64,000 bases of DNA from Eledone cirrhosa (taxonomy: Eukaryota). Of this stretch, positions 1 through 15,000 are shown piece after piece. Location of the stretch: NCBI GenBank assembly GCA_964016885.1, contig OZ024742.1, positions 13,392,001 through 13,456,000 on the forward strand. Reading direction: 5' to 3'. The notes beneath the pieces are model-generated. The model had not been told where the DNA came from, searched no databases, and was given only the letters and a program-made list of their open reading frames with translations. A program made the translations under genes and the position numbers. How positions within the stretch are numbered: the first letter of the stretch is position 1; every line of letters starts with the position of its first letter.

Positions 1-3000
1 GGAGGATCAGTTAAAGGAAAATACTGAAGGATCAGTTAAAGGATAATACTGAAGGATCAGTTAAATCAAATACTGGAGGATCAGTTAAAGAAAAATACTG
101 GAGGATCAGTTAAAGAAAAATACTGGAGGATCAGTTAAAATAAAATACTGGAGGATCAGTTAAAGGAAAATACTGGAGGATCAGTTATAATAAAATACTG
201 GAGGAACAGTTAAAGTAAAATACTGGAGGATCAGTAAAAATAAAATACTGGAGGATCAGTTAAAGGAAAATACTGGAGGATTAGTTAAAGGAAAATACTG
301 GAGGATCAGTTAAAAGAAAATACTGAAGGATCAGTTAATGAAAATATTGGAGTATCAGTTAAATCAAATACTGGAGGATCAGTTAAAGGGAAATACTTAA
401 GGATCAGTTAAAGAAAATATTGGAGGACCAGTTAAGTAAAATACTGGAGGATCAGTTAAAATAAAATATTGGAGGATCAGTTAAAGGAAAATACTTGAGG
501 ATCAGTTAAAGGAAAATACTGGAGGATCAGTTAAATAAAATACTGGAGGATCAGTTAAAGGAAAATACAAAGGATCAGCTAAAGGAAAATACTGGAGGAT
601 CAGTTAAAATAAAATACTGGAGGATCAGTTAAAGGCAAATACGGGAGGATCAAATAAAGGAAAATACTTGAGGATCAGTTAAAATAAAATACTGGAGGAT
701 CAGTTAAAGTAAAATACTGGAGGATCAGTTAAAATAAAACACTGGAGGATCAGTAAAAGGAAAATACTGGAGGATCAGTTAAAATAAAATACTGGAGGAT
801 CAGTTAATGGAAAGTACTGGAAGATCAGTTAAAGAAAATACTGGAGGATCAGTTAAAGTAAAATACTGGAGGATCAGTTAAAGGAAAATACTGGAGGATC
901 AGTTAAAGGAAAATACTGGAGGATCAGTTAAAGGAAAATACTGGAGGATCAGTTAAATCAAATACTGGAGGATCAGTTAAAGGGAAATATTTAAGGATCA
1001 GGTAAAGAAGATATTGGAGGATCAGTTAAGTTAAATACTGGAGGATCAGTTAAAATAAAATACTGGAGGATCAATTAAAGGAAAATAATGGAGGATCAGT
1101 TAAATAAAATACTGGAGGATCAGTTAAAGGAAAATACAAAGGATCAGTTAAAGGAAAATACTGGAGGATCAGTTACAATAAAATACTGAAGGATCAGTTA
1201 AAGGCAAATACGGGAGGATCAAATAAAGGAAAATACTTGAGGATCAGTTAAAATAAAATACTGGAGGATCAGGTAAAGTAAAATACTGGAGGATCAGTTA
1301 AAATAAAACACTGGAATATCAGTAAAAGGAAAATACTGGAGGATCAGTTAAAATAACATACTGGAGGATCAGTTAATGGAAAGTACTGGAAGATCAGTTA
1401 AAGAAAATACTGGAGGATCAGTTAAAGTAAAATACTGGAGGATCAGTTAAAGGAAAATACTGGAGGATCAGTTAAAGGAAAATACTGGAGGATCAGTTAA
1501 AGGAAAATACTGGAGGATCAGTTAAATCAAATACTGGAGGATCAGTTAAAGGGAAATATTTAAGGATCAGCTAAAGAAAATATTGGAGGATCAGTTAAGT
1601 AAAATACTGGAGGATCAGTTAAAATAAAATACTGGAGGAACAGTTAAAGGAAAATACTGGAGGATCAGTTAAAGGAAAATACTGGTGAATCAGTTAAATC
1701 AAATACTGGAGGATCAGTTAAAGGAAAATACTGAAGGATCAGTTAAAGGTAAATACTGGAGGATCAGTTAAAAGAAAATACTGGAGGATTAGTTAAAATA
1801 AAATACTGGAGGATCAGTTAAAGGAAAATACTGGAGGATCAGTTATAATAAAATACTGGAGGAATATTTAAAGTAAAATACTTGAGGATCAGTAAAAATA
1901 AAATACTGGAGGATCAGTTAATGGTAAGTACTGTAGGATCAGTTAAAATAAAATACAGGAGGATCAGTTAAAGGAAAATACTGGAGGGTCAGTTAAAGGA
2001 AAATACTGGAGGATCAGTTAAATTAATATACTGGAGGATCAGTTAAAGGAAAATACTGGAGGATCAGTTAAAGGAAAATACTGGAGGATCAGTCAAAGAA
2101 AAATACTGGAGCATCAGTTAAAGGGAAATTGTTAAGGATCAGTTAAATAAAATACTGGAGGATCAGTTAAAGGTAAATACTGAAGGATCAGTTAATGGAA
2201 AATACTGGAGGATCAGTTAATGGAAAATACTGCAGGATCAGTTAAAGGAAAATACTGGAGGATTAGTTAAAATAAAATACTGGAGGATCAGTTAAATGAA
2301 AATACTGGAGGATCAGTTAAAGGAAAATACTGGAGGATCAGTTAAAGGAAAATACTGGAGGATCAGTTAAAATAAAATACTGAAGGATCAATTAAAGGAA
2401 AATACTGGAGGATCAGTTAAATAAAATACTGGAGGATCAGTTAAAGGAAAATACAAAGGATCAGCTAAAGGAAAATACTGGAGGATCAGTTAAAATAAAA
2501 TACTGGAGGATCAGTTAAAGGCAAATACGGGAGGATCAAATAAAGGAAAATACTTGAGGATCAGTTAAAATAAAATACTGGAGGATCAGTTAAAGTAAAA
2601 TACTGGAGGATCAGTTAAAATAAAACACTGGAGGATCAGTAAAAGGAAAATACTGGAGGATCAGTTAAAATAAAATACTGGAGGATCAGTTAATGGAAAG
2701 TACTGGAAGATCAGTTAAAGAAAATACTGGAGGATCAGTTAAAGTAAAATACTGGAGGATCAGTTAAAGGAAAATACTGGAGGATCAGTTAAAGGAAAAT
2801 ACTGGAGGATCAGTTAAAGGAAGATACTGGAGGATCAGTTAAATCAAATACTGGAGGATCAGTTAAAGGGAAATATTTAAGGATCAGGTAAAGAAGATAT
2901 TGGAGGATCAGTTAAGTTAAATACTGGAGGATCAGTTAAAATAAAATACTGGAGGATCAATTAAAGGAAAATAATGGAGGATCAGTTAAATAAAATACTG

Positions 3001-6000
3001 GAGGATCAGTTAAAGGAAAATACAAAGGATCAGTTAAAGGAAAATACTGGAGGATCAGTTACAATAAAATACTGAAGGATCAGTTAAAGGCAAATACGGG
3101 AGGATCAAATAAAGGAAAATACTTGAGGATCAGTTAAAATAAAATACTGGAGGATCAGGTAAAGTAAAATACTGGAGGATCAGTTAAAATAAAACACTGG
3201 AATATCAGTAAAAGGAAAATACTGGAGGATCAGTTAAAATAACATACTGGAGGATCAGTTAATGGAAAGTACTGGAAGATCAGTTAAAGAAAATACTGGA
3301 GGATCAGTTAAAGTAAAATACTGGAGGATCAGTTAAAGGAAAATACTGGAGGATCAGTTAAAGGAAAATACTGGAGGATCAGTTAAAGGAAAATACTGGA
3401 GGATCAGTTAAATCAAATACTGGAGGATCAGTTAAAGGGAAATATTTAAGGATCAGCTAAAGAAAATATTGGAGGATCAGTTAAGTAAAATACTGGAGGA
3501 TCAGTTAAAATAAAATACTGGAGGAACAGTTAAAGGAAAATACTGGAGGATCAGTTAAAGGAAAATACTGGTGAATCAGTTAAATCAAATACTGGAGGAT
3601 CAGTTAAAGGAAAATACTGAAGGATCAGTTAAAGGTAAATACTGGAGGATCAGTTAAAAGAAAATACTGGAGGATTAGTTAAAATAAAATACTGGAGGAT
3701 CAGTTAAAGGAAAATACTGGAGGATCAGTTATAATAAAATACTGGAGGAATATTTAAAGTAAAATACTTGAGGATCAGTAAAAATAAAATACTGGAGGAT
3801 CAGTTAATGGTAAGTACTGGAGGATCAGTTAAAATAAAATACAGGAGGATCAGTTAAAGGAAAATACTGGAGGGTCAGTTAAAGGAAAATACTGGAGGAT
3901 CAGTTAAATTAATATACTGGAGGATCAGTTAAAGGAAAATACTGGAGGATCAGTTAAAGGAAAATACTGGAGGATCAGTCAAAGAAAAATACTGGAGCAT
4001 CAGTTAAAGGGAAATTGTTAAGGATCAGTTAAATAAAATACTGGAGGATCAGTTAAAGGTAAATACTGAAGGATCAGTTAATGGAAAATACTGGAGGATC
4101 AGTTAATGGAAAATACTGCAGGATCAGTTAAAGGAAAATACTGGAGGATTAGTTAAAATAAAATACTGGAGGATCAGTTAAATGAAAATACCGGAGGATC
4201 AGTTAAAGGAAAATACTGGAGGATCAGTTAAAGGAAAATACTGGAGGATCAGTTAAAATAAAATACTGAAGGATCAATTAAAGGAAAATACTGGAGGATC
4301 AGTTAAATAAAATACTGGAGGATCAGTTAAAGGAAAATACAAAGGATCAGTTAAAGGAAAATACTGGAGGATCAGTTAAAATAAAATTCTGAAGGATCAA
4401 TTAAAGGAAAATACTGGAGGATCAGTTAAATAAAATACTGGAGGATCGGTTAAATGAAAATACAAAGGATCAGCTAAAGGAAAATTCTGGAGGATCAGTT
4501 AAAATAAAATACTGGAGGATCAGTTAAAGGCTAATACGGGAGGATCAAATAAAGGAAAATACTTGAGGATCAGTTAAAATAAAATACTGGAGGATCAGGT
4601 AAAGTAAAATACTGGAGGATCAGTTAAATAAAATACTGGAGGATCAGTTAAAGGAAAATACTGGAGGATCAGTTAAAATAAAATACTGGAGGATCAGTTA
4701 ATGGAAAGTACTGGAAGATCAGTTAAAGAAAATACTGGAGGATCAGTTAAAGTAAAATATTGGAGGATCAGTTAAAGGAAAATACTGGAGGATCAGTTAA
4801 AGGAAAATACTGGAGGATCAGTTAAAGGAAAATACTGGAGGATCAGTTAAATCAAATACTGGAGGATCAGTTAAAGGGAAATATTTAAGGATCAGGTAAA
4901 GAAAATATTGGAGGATCAGTTAAGTTAAATACTGGATGATCAGTTAAAATAAAATACTGGAGGATCAGTTAAAGGAAAATACTGGAGGATCAGTTAAAGG
5001 AAAATACTGGAGGATCAGTTAAATAAAATACTGGAGGATCAGTTAAAGGAAAATACTGAAGGATCAGTTAAAGGATAATACTGAAGGATCAGTTAAATCA
5101 AATACTGGAGGATCAGTTAAAGAAAAATACTGGAGGATCAGTTAAAGAAAAATACTGGAGGATCAGTTAAAATAAAATACTGGAGGATCAGTTAAAGGAA
5201 AATACTGGAGGATCAGTTATAATAAAATACTGGAGGAACAGTTAAAGTAAAATACTGGAGGATCAGTAAAAATAAAATACTGGAGGATCAGTTAAAGGAA
5301 AATACTGGAGGATTAGTTAAAGGAAAATACTGGAGGATCAGTTAAAAGAAAATACTGAAGGATCAGTTAAAGAAAATATTGGAGTATCAGTTAAATCAAA
5401 TACTGGAGGATCAGTTAAAGGGAAATACTTAAGGATCAGTTAAAGAAAATATTGGAGGACCAGTTAAGTAAAATACTGGAAGATCAGTTAAAATAAAATA
5501 CTGGAGGATCAGTTAAAGGAAAATACTTGAGGATCAGTTAAAGGAAAATACTGGAGGATCAGTTAAATAAAATACTGGAGGATCAGTTAAAGGCAAATAC
5601 GGGAGGATCAAATAAAGGAAAATACTTGAGGATCAGTTAAAATAAAATACTGGAGGATCAGTTAAAGTAAAATACTGGAGGATCAGTTAAAATAAAACAC
5701 TGGAGGATCAGTAAAAGGAAAATACTGGAGGATCAGTTAAAATAAAATACTGGAGGATCAGTTAATGGAAAGTACTGGAAGATCAGTTAAAGAAAATACT
5801 GGAGGATCAGTTAAAGTAAAATACTGGAGGATCAGTTAAAGGAAAATACTGGAGGATCAGTTAAAGGAAAATACTGGAGGATCAGTTAAAGGAAAATACT
5901 GGAGGATCAGTTAAATAAAATACTGGAGGATCAGTTAAAGGGAAATATTTAAGTATCAGGTAAAGAAGATATTGGAGGCTCAGTTAATTTAAATACTGGA

Positions 6001-9000
6001 GGATCAGTTAAAATAAAATACTGGAGGATCAATTAAAGGAAAATAATGGAGGATCAGTTAAATCAAATACTGGAGGATCAGTTAAAGGTAAATACTGAAG
6101 GATCAGTTAATGGAAAATACTGGAGGATCAGTTAAAGGAAAATACTGAAGGATTAGTTAAAATAAAATACTGGATGATCAGTTAAATGAAAATACTGGAG
6201 GATCAGTTAAATCAAATACTGGAGGATCAGTTAAAGGTAAATACTGAAGGATCAGTTAATGGAAAATACTGGAGGATCAGTTAAAGGAAAATACTGGAGG
6301 ATCAGTTAAAAGAAAATACTGGAGGATTAGTTAAAATAAAATACTGGAGGATCAGTTAAAGGAAAATACTTGAGGATCAGTTATAATAAAATACTGGAGG
6401 AATATTTAAAGTAAAATACTTGAGGATCAGTAAAAATAAAATACTGGAGGATCAGTTAATGGTAAGTACTGGAGGATCAGTTAAAATAAAATACTGGAGG
6501 ATCAGTTAAAGGAAAATACTGGAGGATCAGTTAAAGGAAAATACTGGAGGATCAGTTAAAGGAAAATTCTGGAGGATCAGTTAAAATAAAATACTGGAGG
6601 ATCAATTAAAGGAAAATATTGGCGGATCAGTAAAAATAAAATACTGGAGGCTCAGTTAAAGGAAAATACTGGAGGATCAGTTAAAATTAAATACTGGAGA
6701 ATCAGTTAAAGGAAAATACTGAGGCATCAGTTAAAACAAAACACTGGAGTATCAGTTAAAGGAAAATACTGGAGGATTAGTTAAAATAAAATACTGGAGG
6801 ATCAGTTAATGGAAAGTACTGGAAGATCAGTTAAAGAAAATACTGGAGGATCAGTTAAAGTAAAATACTGGAGGATCAGTTAAAATAAAATACTGGAGGA
6901 TCAGTTAAAGGAAAATACTGGAGGATCAGTTAAAGGAAAATACTGGAGGATCAGTCAAAGAAAAATACTGGAGCATCAGTTAAAGGGAAATTGTTAAGGA
7001 TCATTTAAAGAAAATACTGGAGGATAAGTTAAAATAAAATACTGGGGGATCAATTAAAGGAAAATACTGGAGGATCAGTTAAATCAAATACTGGAGGATC
7101 AGTTAAAGGTAAATACTGAAGGATCAGTTAATGGAAAATACTGGAGGATCAGTTAATGGAAAATACTGGAGGATCAGTTAAAGGAAAATACTGGAGGATT
7201 AGTTAAAATAAAATACTGGAGGATCAGTTAAATGAAAATACTGGAGGATCAGTTAAAGGAAAATACTGGAGGATCAGTTAAAATAAAATACTGAAGGATC
7301 AATTAAAGGAAAATATTGGAGGATCAGTTAAATAAAATACTGGAGGATCAGTTAAAGGAAAATACAAAGGATCAGCTAAAGGCAAATACGGGAGGATCAA
7401 ATAAAGGAAAATACTTGAGGATCAGTTAAAATAAAATACTGGAGGATCAGTAAAAGGAAAATACTGGAGGATCAGTTAAAGGAAAATACTGGGGGATCAG
7501 TTAAAGGAAAGTACTGGAGGATCAGTTAAATCAAATACTGGAGGATCAGTTAAAGGGAAATATTTAAGGATCAGGTAAAGAAAATATTGGAGGATCAGTT
7601 AAGTTAAATACTGGAGGATCAGTTAAAGTAAAATACTGGAGGATCAGTTAATGGAAAGTACTGGAAGATCAGTTAAAGAAATTACTGGAGGATCAGTTAA
7701 AGTAAAATACTGGAGGATCAGTTAAAGGAAAATACTGGAGGATCAGTTAAAGGAAAATACTGGAGGATCAGTTAAAGGAAAATACTGGAGGATCAGTTAA
7801 ATCAAATACTGGAGTATCAGTTAAAGGGAAATATTTAAGGATCAGGTAAAGAAAATACTGGAGGATCAGTTAAGTTAAATACTGGAGGATCAGTTAAAAT
7901 AAAATACTGGAGGATCAGTTAAAGGAAAATACTGGAGGATCAGTTAAAGGAAAATACTGGAGGATCAGTTAAATAAAATACTGGAGGATCAGTTAAAGGA
8001 AAATACTGAAGGATCAGTTAAAGGATAATACTGAAGGATCAGTTAAATCAAATACTGGAGGATCAGGTAAAGAAAAATACTGGAGGATCAGTTAAAGAAA
8101 AATACTGGAGGATCAGTTAAAATAAAATACTGGAGGATCAATTAAAGGAAAATACTGGAGGATCAGCAAAAATAAAATACTGGAGGATCAGTTAAAGGAA
8201 AATACTGGAGGATCAGTTATAATAAAATACTGGAGGAACAGTTAAAGTAAAATACTGGAGGATCAGTAAAAATAAAATACTGGAGGATCAGTTAAAGGAA
8301 AATACTGGAGGATTAGTTAAAGGATAATACTGGAGGATCAGTTAAAAGAAAATACTGAAGGATCAGTTAAAGAAAATATTGGAGGATCAGTTAAATCAAA
8401 TACTGGAGGATCAGTTAAAGGGAAATACTTAAGGATCAGTTAAAGAAAATATTGGAGGATCAGTTAAGTAAAATACTGGAGGATCAGTTAAAATAAAATA
8501 CTGGAGGATCAGTTAAAGGAAAATACTTGAGCATCAGTTAAAGGAAAATACTGGAGGATCAGTTAAATCAAATACTGGAGGATCAGTTAAAGGAAAATAC
8601 TGAAGGATCAGTTAAAGGAAAATATTGGAGGTTCAGTTAAAATAAAATACTGGAGGATCAGTTAAAGGAAAAAACTGGATGATCAGTAAAAAATAACATA
8701 CTGGAGGATCAGTTAAAGGAAAATGCTGGAGGATCAGTTAAAATAAAATACTGGAGGATCAGTTAAAGTAAAATACTGGAGGATCAGTTAAAATAAAAAA
8801 CTGGAGGATCAGTAAAAGGAAAATACTGGAGGATCAGTTAAGATAAAATACTGGAGGATCAGTTAATGGAAAGTACTGGAAGATCAGTTAAAGAAAATAC
8901 TGGAGGATCAGTTAAAGTAAAATACTGGAGGATCAGTAAAAATAAAATACTGGAGGATCAGTTAAAGGAAAATACTGGAGGATTAGTTAAAGGAAAATAC

Positions 9001-12000
9001 TGGAGGATCAGTTAAAAGAAAATACTGAAGGATCAGTTAAAGAAAATATTGGAGGATCAGTTAAATCAAATACTGGAGGATCAGTTAAAGGGAAATACTT
9101 GAGCATCAGTTAAAGGAAAATACTGGAGCATCAGTTAAATCAAATACTGGAGGATCAGTTAAAGGAAAATACTGAAGGATCAGTTAAAGGAAAATATTGG
9201 AGGATCAGCTAAAATAAAATACTGGAGGATCAGTTAAAGGAAAAAACTGGATGATCAGTAAAAAATAACATACTGGAGGATCAGTTAAAGGAAAATACTG
9301 GAGGATCAGTTAAAATAAAATACTGGAGGATCAGTTAAAGTAAAATACTGGAGGATCAGTTAAAATAAAAAACTGGAGGATCAGTAAAAGGAAAATACTG
9401 GAGGATCAGTTAAGATAAAATACTGGAGGATCAGTTAATGGAAAGTACTGGAAGATCAGTTAAAGAAAATACTGGAGGATCAGTTAAAGTAAAATACTGG
9501 AGGATCAGTTAAAATAAAATACTGGGGGATCAGTTAAAGGGAAATATTTAAGGATTAGTTAAAGAAAATACTGGAGGATCAGTTAAGTAAAATACTGGAT
9601 GATCAGTTAAAATAAAATACTGGGGGATCAATTAAAGGAAAATACTGGAGGATCAGTTAAATCAAATACTGGAGGATCAGTTAAAGGTTGATACTGAAGG
9701 ATCAGTTAATGGAAAATACTGGAGGATCAGTTAAAGGAAAATACTGGAGGATTAGTTAAAATAAAATACTGGATGATCAGTTAAATGAAAATACTGGAGG
9801 ATCAGTTAAAGGAAAATACTGGAGGATCAGTTAAAGGAAAATAATGGAGGATCAGTTAAAATAAAATACTGGAGGATCAGTTAAAGGAAAATACAAAGGA
9901 TCAGCTAAAGGAAAATACTGGAGGATCAGTTAAAATAAAATACTGGAGGATCAGTTAAAGGCAAATACGGGAGGATCAAATAAAGGAAAATACTTGAGGA
10001 TCAGTTAAAATAAAATACTGGAGGATCAGTTAAATTAAAATACTGGAGGATCAGTTAAAATAAAACACTGGAGGATCAGTAAAAGGAAAATACTGGAGGA
10101 TCAGTTAAAATAAAATACTGGAGGATCAGTTAATGGAAAGTACTGGAAGATCAGTTAAAGAAAATACTGGAGGATCAGTTAAAGGAAAATACTGGAGGAT
10201 CAGTTAAAGGAAAATACTGGAGGATCAGTTAAAGGAAAATACTGGAGGATCAGTTAAATCAAATACTGGAGGATCAGTTAAAGGGAAATATTTAAGGATC
10301 ATTTAAAGAAAATATTGGAGGATCAGTTAAGTAAAATACTGGAGGATCAGTTAAAATAAAATACTGGAGGATCAGTTAAAAGAAAATACTGGAGGATCAG
10401 TTAAAGGAAAATACTGGAGGATCAGTTAAATCAAATACTGGAGGATCAGTTAAAGGAAAATACTGAAGGATCAGTTAAAGGAAAATACTGGAGGATCAGT
10501 TAAAAGAAAATACTGGAGGATTAGTTAAAATAAAATACTGGAGGATCAGTTAAAGGAAAATACTGGAGGATCAGTTATAATAAAATACTGGAGGAATATT
10601 TTAAGTAAAATACTTGAGGATCAGTAAAAATAAAATACTGGAGGATCAGTTAATGGTAAGTACTGGAGGATCAGTTAACATAAAATACTGGAGGATCAGT
10701 TAAAGGAAAATACTGGAGGATCAGTTAAAGGAAAATACTGGAGGATCAGTTAAAGGAAAATTCTGGAGGATCAGTTAAAATAAAGTACTGGAGGATCAAT
10801 TAAAGGAAAATATTGGCGGATCAGTAAAAATAAAATACTGGAGGATCAGTTAAAGGAAAATACTGAAGCATCAGTTAAAACAAAACACTGGAGTATCAGT
10901 TAAAATAAAATACTGGAGGATTAGTTAAAGGTAAAAACTGGAGGATCAGTAAAAAATAACATACTGGAGTATCAGTTAAAGGAAAATACTGGAGGATCAG
11001 TTAAAATAAAATACTGGAGGATCAATTAAAGGAAAATATTGGCGGATCATTAAAAATAAAATACTGGAGGATCAGTTAAAGGAAAATACTGGAGGATCAG
11101 TTAAATCAAATACTGGAGGATCAGTTAAAGGAAAATACTGAAGGATCAGTTAAAGGAAAATATTGGAGAATCAGTTAAAATAAAATACTGGAGGATCAGT
11201 TAAAGGAAAAAACTGGAGGATCAGTAAAAAATAACATACTGGAGGATCAGTTAAAGGAAAATACTGGAGGATCAGTTAAAATAAAATACTGGAGGATCAG
11301 TTAAAGTAAAATACTGGAGGATCAGTTAAAATAAAAAACTGGAGGATCAGTAAAAGGAAAATACTGGGGGATCAGTTAAAGGAAAGTACTGGAGGATCAG
11401 TTAAATCAAATACTGGAGGATCAGTTAAAGGGAAATATTTAAGGATCAGGTAAAGAAAATATTGGAGGATCAGTTAAGTTAAATACTGGAGGATCAGTTA
11501 AAGTAAAATACTGGAGGATCAGTTAATGGAAAGTACTGGAAGATCAGTTAAAGAAATTACTGGAGGATCAGTTAAAGTAAAATACTGGAGGATCAGTTAA
11601 AGGAAAATACTGGAGGATCAGTTAAAGGAAAATACTGGAGGATCAGTTAAAGGAAAATACTGGAGGATCAGTTAAATCAAATACTGGAGTATCAGTTAAA
11701 GGGAAATATTTAAGGATCAGGTAAAGAAAATACTGGAGGATCAGTTAAGTTAAATACTGGAGGATCAGTTAAAATAAAATACTGGAGGATCAGTTAAAGG
11801 AAAATACTGGAGGATCAGTTAAAGGAAAATACTGGAGGATCAGTTAAATAAAATAATGGAGGATCAGTTAAAGGAAAATACTGAAGGATCAGTTAAAGGA
11901 TAATACTGAAGGATCAGATAAATCAAATACTGGAGGATCAGGTAAAGAAAAATACTGGAGGATCAGTTAAAGAAAAATACTGGAGGATCAGTTAAAATAA

Positions 12001-15000
12001 AATACTGGAGGATCAATTAAAGGAAAATACTGGAGGATCAGCAAAAATAAAATACTGGAGGATCAGTTAAAGGAAAATACTGGAGGATCAGTTATAATAA
12101 AATACTGGAGGAACAGTTAAAGTAAAATAGGATCAGTTAAAGGAAAATACTGGAGGATCAGTTAAAGGAAAATACTGGAGGATCAGTTAAAGGAAAATAC
12201 TGGAGGATCAGTTAAATCAAATACTGGAGTATCAGTTAAAGGGAAATATTTAAGGATCAGGTAAAGAAAATACTGGAGGATCAGTTAAGTTAAATACTGG
12301 AGGATCAGTTAAAATAAAATACTGGAGGATCAGTTAAAGGAAAATACTGGAGGATCAGTTAAAGGAAAATACTGGAGGATCAGTTAAATAAAATACTGGA
12401 GGATCAGTTAAAGGAAAATACTGAAGGATCAGTTAAAGGATAATACTGAAGGATCAGTTAAATCAAATACTGGAGGATCAGGTAAAGAAAAATACTGGAG
12501 GATCAGTTAAAGAAAAATACTGGAGGATCAGTTAAAATAAAATACTGGAGGATCAATTAAAGGAAAATACTGGAGGATCAGCAAAAATAAAATACTGGAG
12601 GATCAGTTAAAGGAAAATACTGGAGGATCAGTTATAATAAAATACTGGAGGAACAGTTAAAGTAAAATACTGGAGGATCAGTAAAAATAAAATACTGGAG
12701 GATCAGTTAAAGGAAAATACTGGAGGATTAGTTAAAGGAAAATACTGGAGGATCAGTTAAAAGAAAATACTGAAGGATCAGTTAAAGAAAATATTGGAGG
12801 ATCAGTTAAGTAAAATACTGGAGGATCAGTTAAAATAAAATACTGGAGGATCAGTTAAAGGAAAATACTTGAGCATCAGTTAAAGGAAAATACTGGAGGA
12901 TCAGTTAAATCAAATACTGGAGGATCAGTTAAAGGAAAATACTGAAGGATCAGTTAAAGGAAAATATTGGAGGTTCAGTTAAAATAAAATACTGGAGGAT
13001 CAGTTAAAGGAAAAAACTGGATGATCAGTAAAAAATAACATACTGGAGGATCAGTTAAAGGAAAATACTGGAGGATCAGTTAAAATAAAATACTGGAGGA
13101 TCAGTTAAAGTAAAATACTGGAGGATCAGTTAAAATAAAAAAACTGGAGGATCAGTAAAAGGAAAATACTGGAGGATCAGTTAAGATAAAATACTGGAGG
13201 ATCAGTTAATGGAAAGTACTGGAAGATCAGTTAAAGAAAATACTGGAGGATCAGTTAAAGTAAAATACTGGAGGATCAGTAAAAATAAAATACTGGAGGA
13301 TCAGTTAAAGGAAAATACTGGAGGATTAGTTAAAGGAAAATACTGGAGGATCAGTTAAAAGAAAATACTGAAGGATCAGTTAAAGAAAATATTGGAGGAT
13401 CAGTTAAATCAAATACTGGAGGATCAGTTAAAGGGAAATACTTGAGCATCAGTTAAAGGAAAATACTGGAGCATCAGTTAAATCAAATACTGGAGGATCA
13501 GTTAAAGGAAAATACTGAAGGACCAGTTAAAGGAAAATATTGGAGGATCAGCTAAAATAAAATACTGGAGGATCAGTTAAAGGAAAAAACTGGATGATCA
13601 GTAAAAAATAACATACTGGAGGATCAGTTAAAGGAAAATACTGGAGGATCAGTTAAAATAAAATACTGGAGGATCAGTTAATGTAAAATACTGGAGGATC
13701 AGTTAAAATAAAAAACTGGAGGATCAGTAAAAGGAAAATACTGGAGGATCAGTTAAGATAAAATACTGGAGGATCAGTTAATGGAAAGTACTGGAAGATC
13801 AGTTAAAGAAAATACTGGAGGATCAGTTAAAGTAAAATACTGGAGGATCAGTTAAAATAAAATACTGGAGGATCAGTTAAAGGGAAATATTTAAGGATTA
13901 GTTAAAGAAAATACTGGAGGATCAGTTAAGTAAAATACTGGATGATCAGTTAAAATAAAATACTGGGGGATCAATTAAAGGAAAATACTGGAGGATCAGT
14001 TAAATCAAATACTGGAGGATCAGTTAAAGGTTGATACTGAAGGATCAGTTAATGGAAAATACTGGAGGATCAGTTAAAGGAAAATACTGGAGGATTAGTT
14101 AAAATAAAATACTGGATGATCAGTTAAATGAAAATACTGGAGGATCAGTTAAAGGAAAATACTGGAGGATCAGTTAAAGGAAAATAATGGAGGATCAGTT
14201 AAAATAAAATACTGGAGGATCAGTTAAAGGAAAATACAAAGGATCAGCTAAAGGAAAATACTGGAGGATCAGTTAAAATAAAATACTGGAGGATCAGTTA
14301 AAGGCAAATACGGGAGGATCAAATAAAGGAAAATACTTGAGGATCAGTTAAAATAAAATACTGGAGGATCAGTTAAATTAAAATACTGGAGGATCAGTTA
14401 AAATAAAACACTGGAGGATCAGTAAAAGGAAAATACTGGAGGATCAGTTAAAATAAAATACTGGAGGATCAGTTAATGGAAAGTACTGGAAGATCAGTTA
14501 AAGAAAATACTGGAGGATCAGTTAAAGGAAAATACTGGAGGATCAGTTAAAGGAAAATACTGGAGGATCAGTTAAAGGAAAATACTGGAGGATCAGTTAA
14601 ATCAAATACTGGAGGATCAGTTAAAGGGAAATATTTAAGGATCATTTAAAGAAAATATTGGAGGATCAGTTAAGTAAAATACTGGAGGATCAGTTAAAAT
14701 AAAATACTGGAGGATCAGTTAAAAGAAAATACTGGAGGATCAGTTAAAGGAAAATACTGGAGGATCAGTTAAATCAAATACTGGAGGATCAGTTAAAGGA
14801 AAATACTGGAGGATCAGTTAAAAGAAAATACTGGAGGATTAGTTAAAATAAAATACTGGAGGATCAGTTAAAGGAAAATACTGGAGGATCAGTTATAATA
14901 AAATACTGGAGGAATATTTTAAGTAAAATACTTGAGGATCAGTAAAAATAAAATACTGGAGGATCAGTTAATGGTAAGTACTGGAGGATCAGTTAAAATA

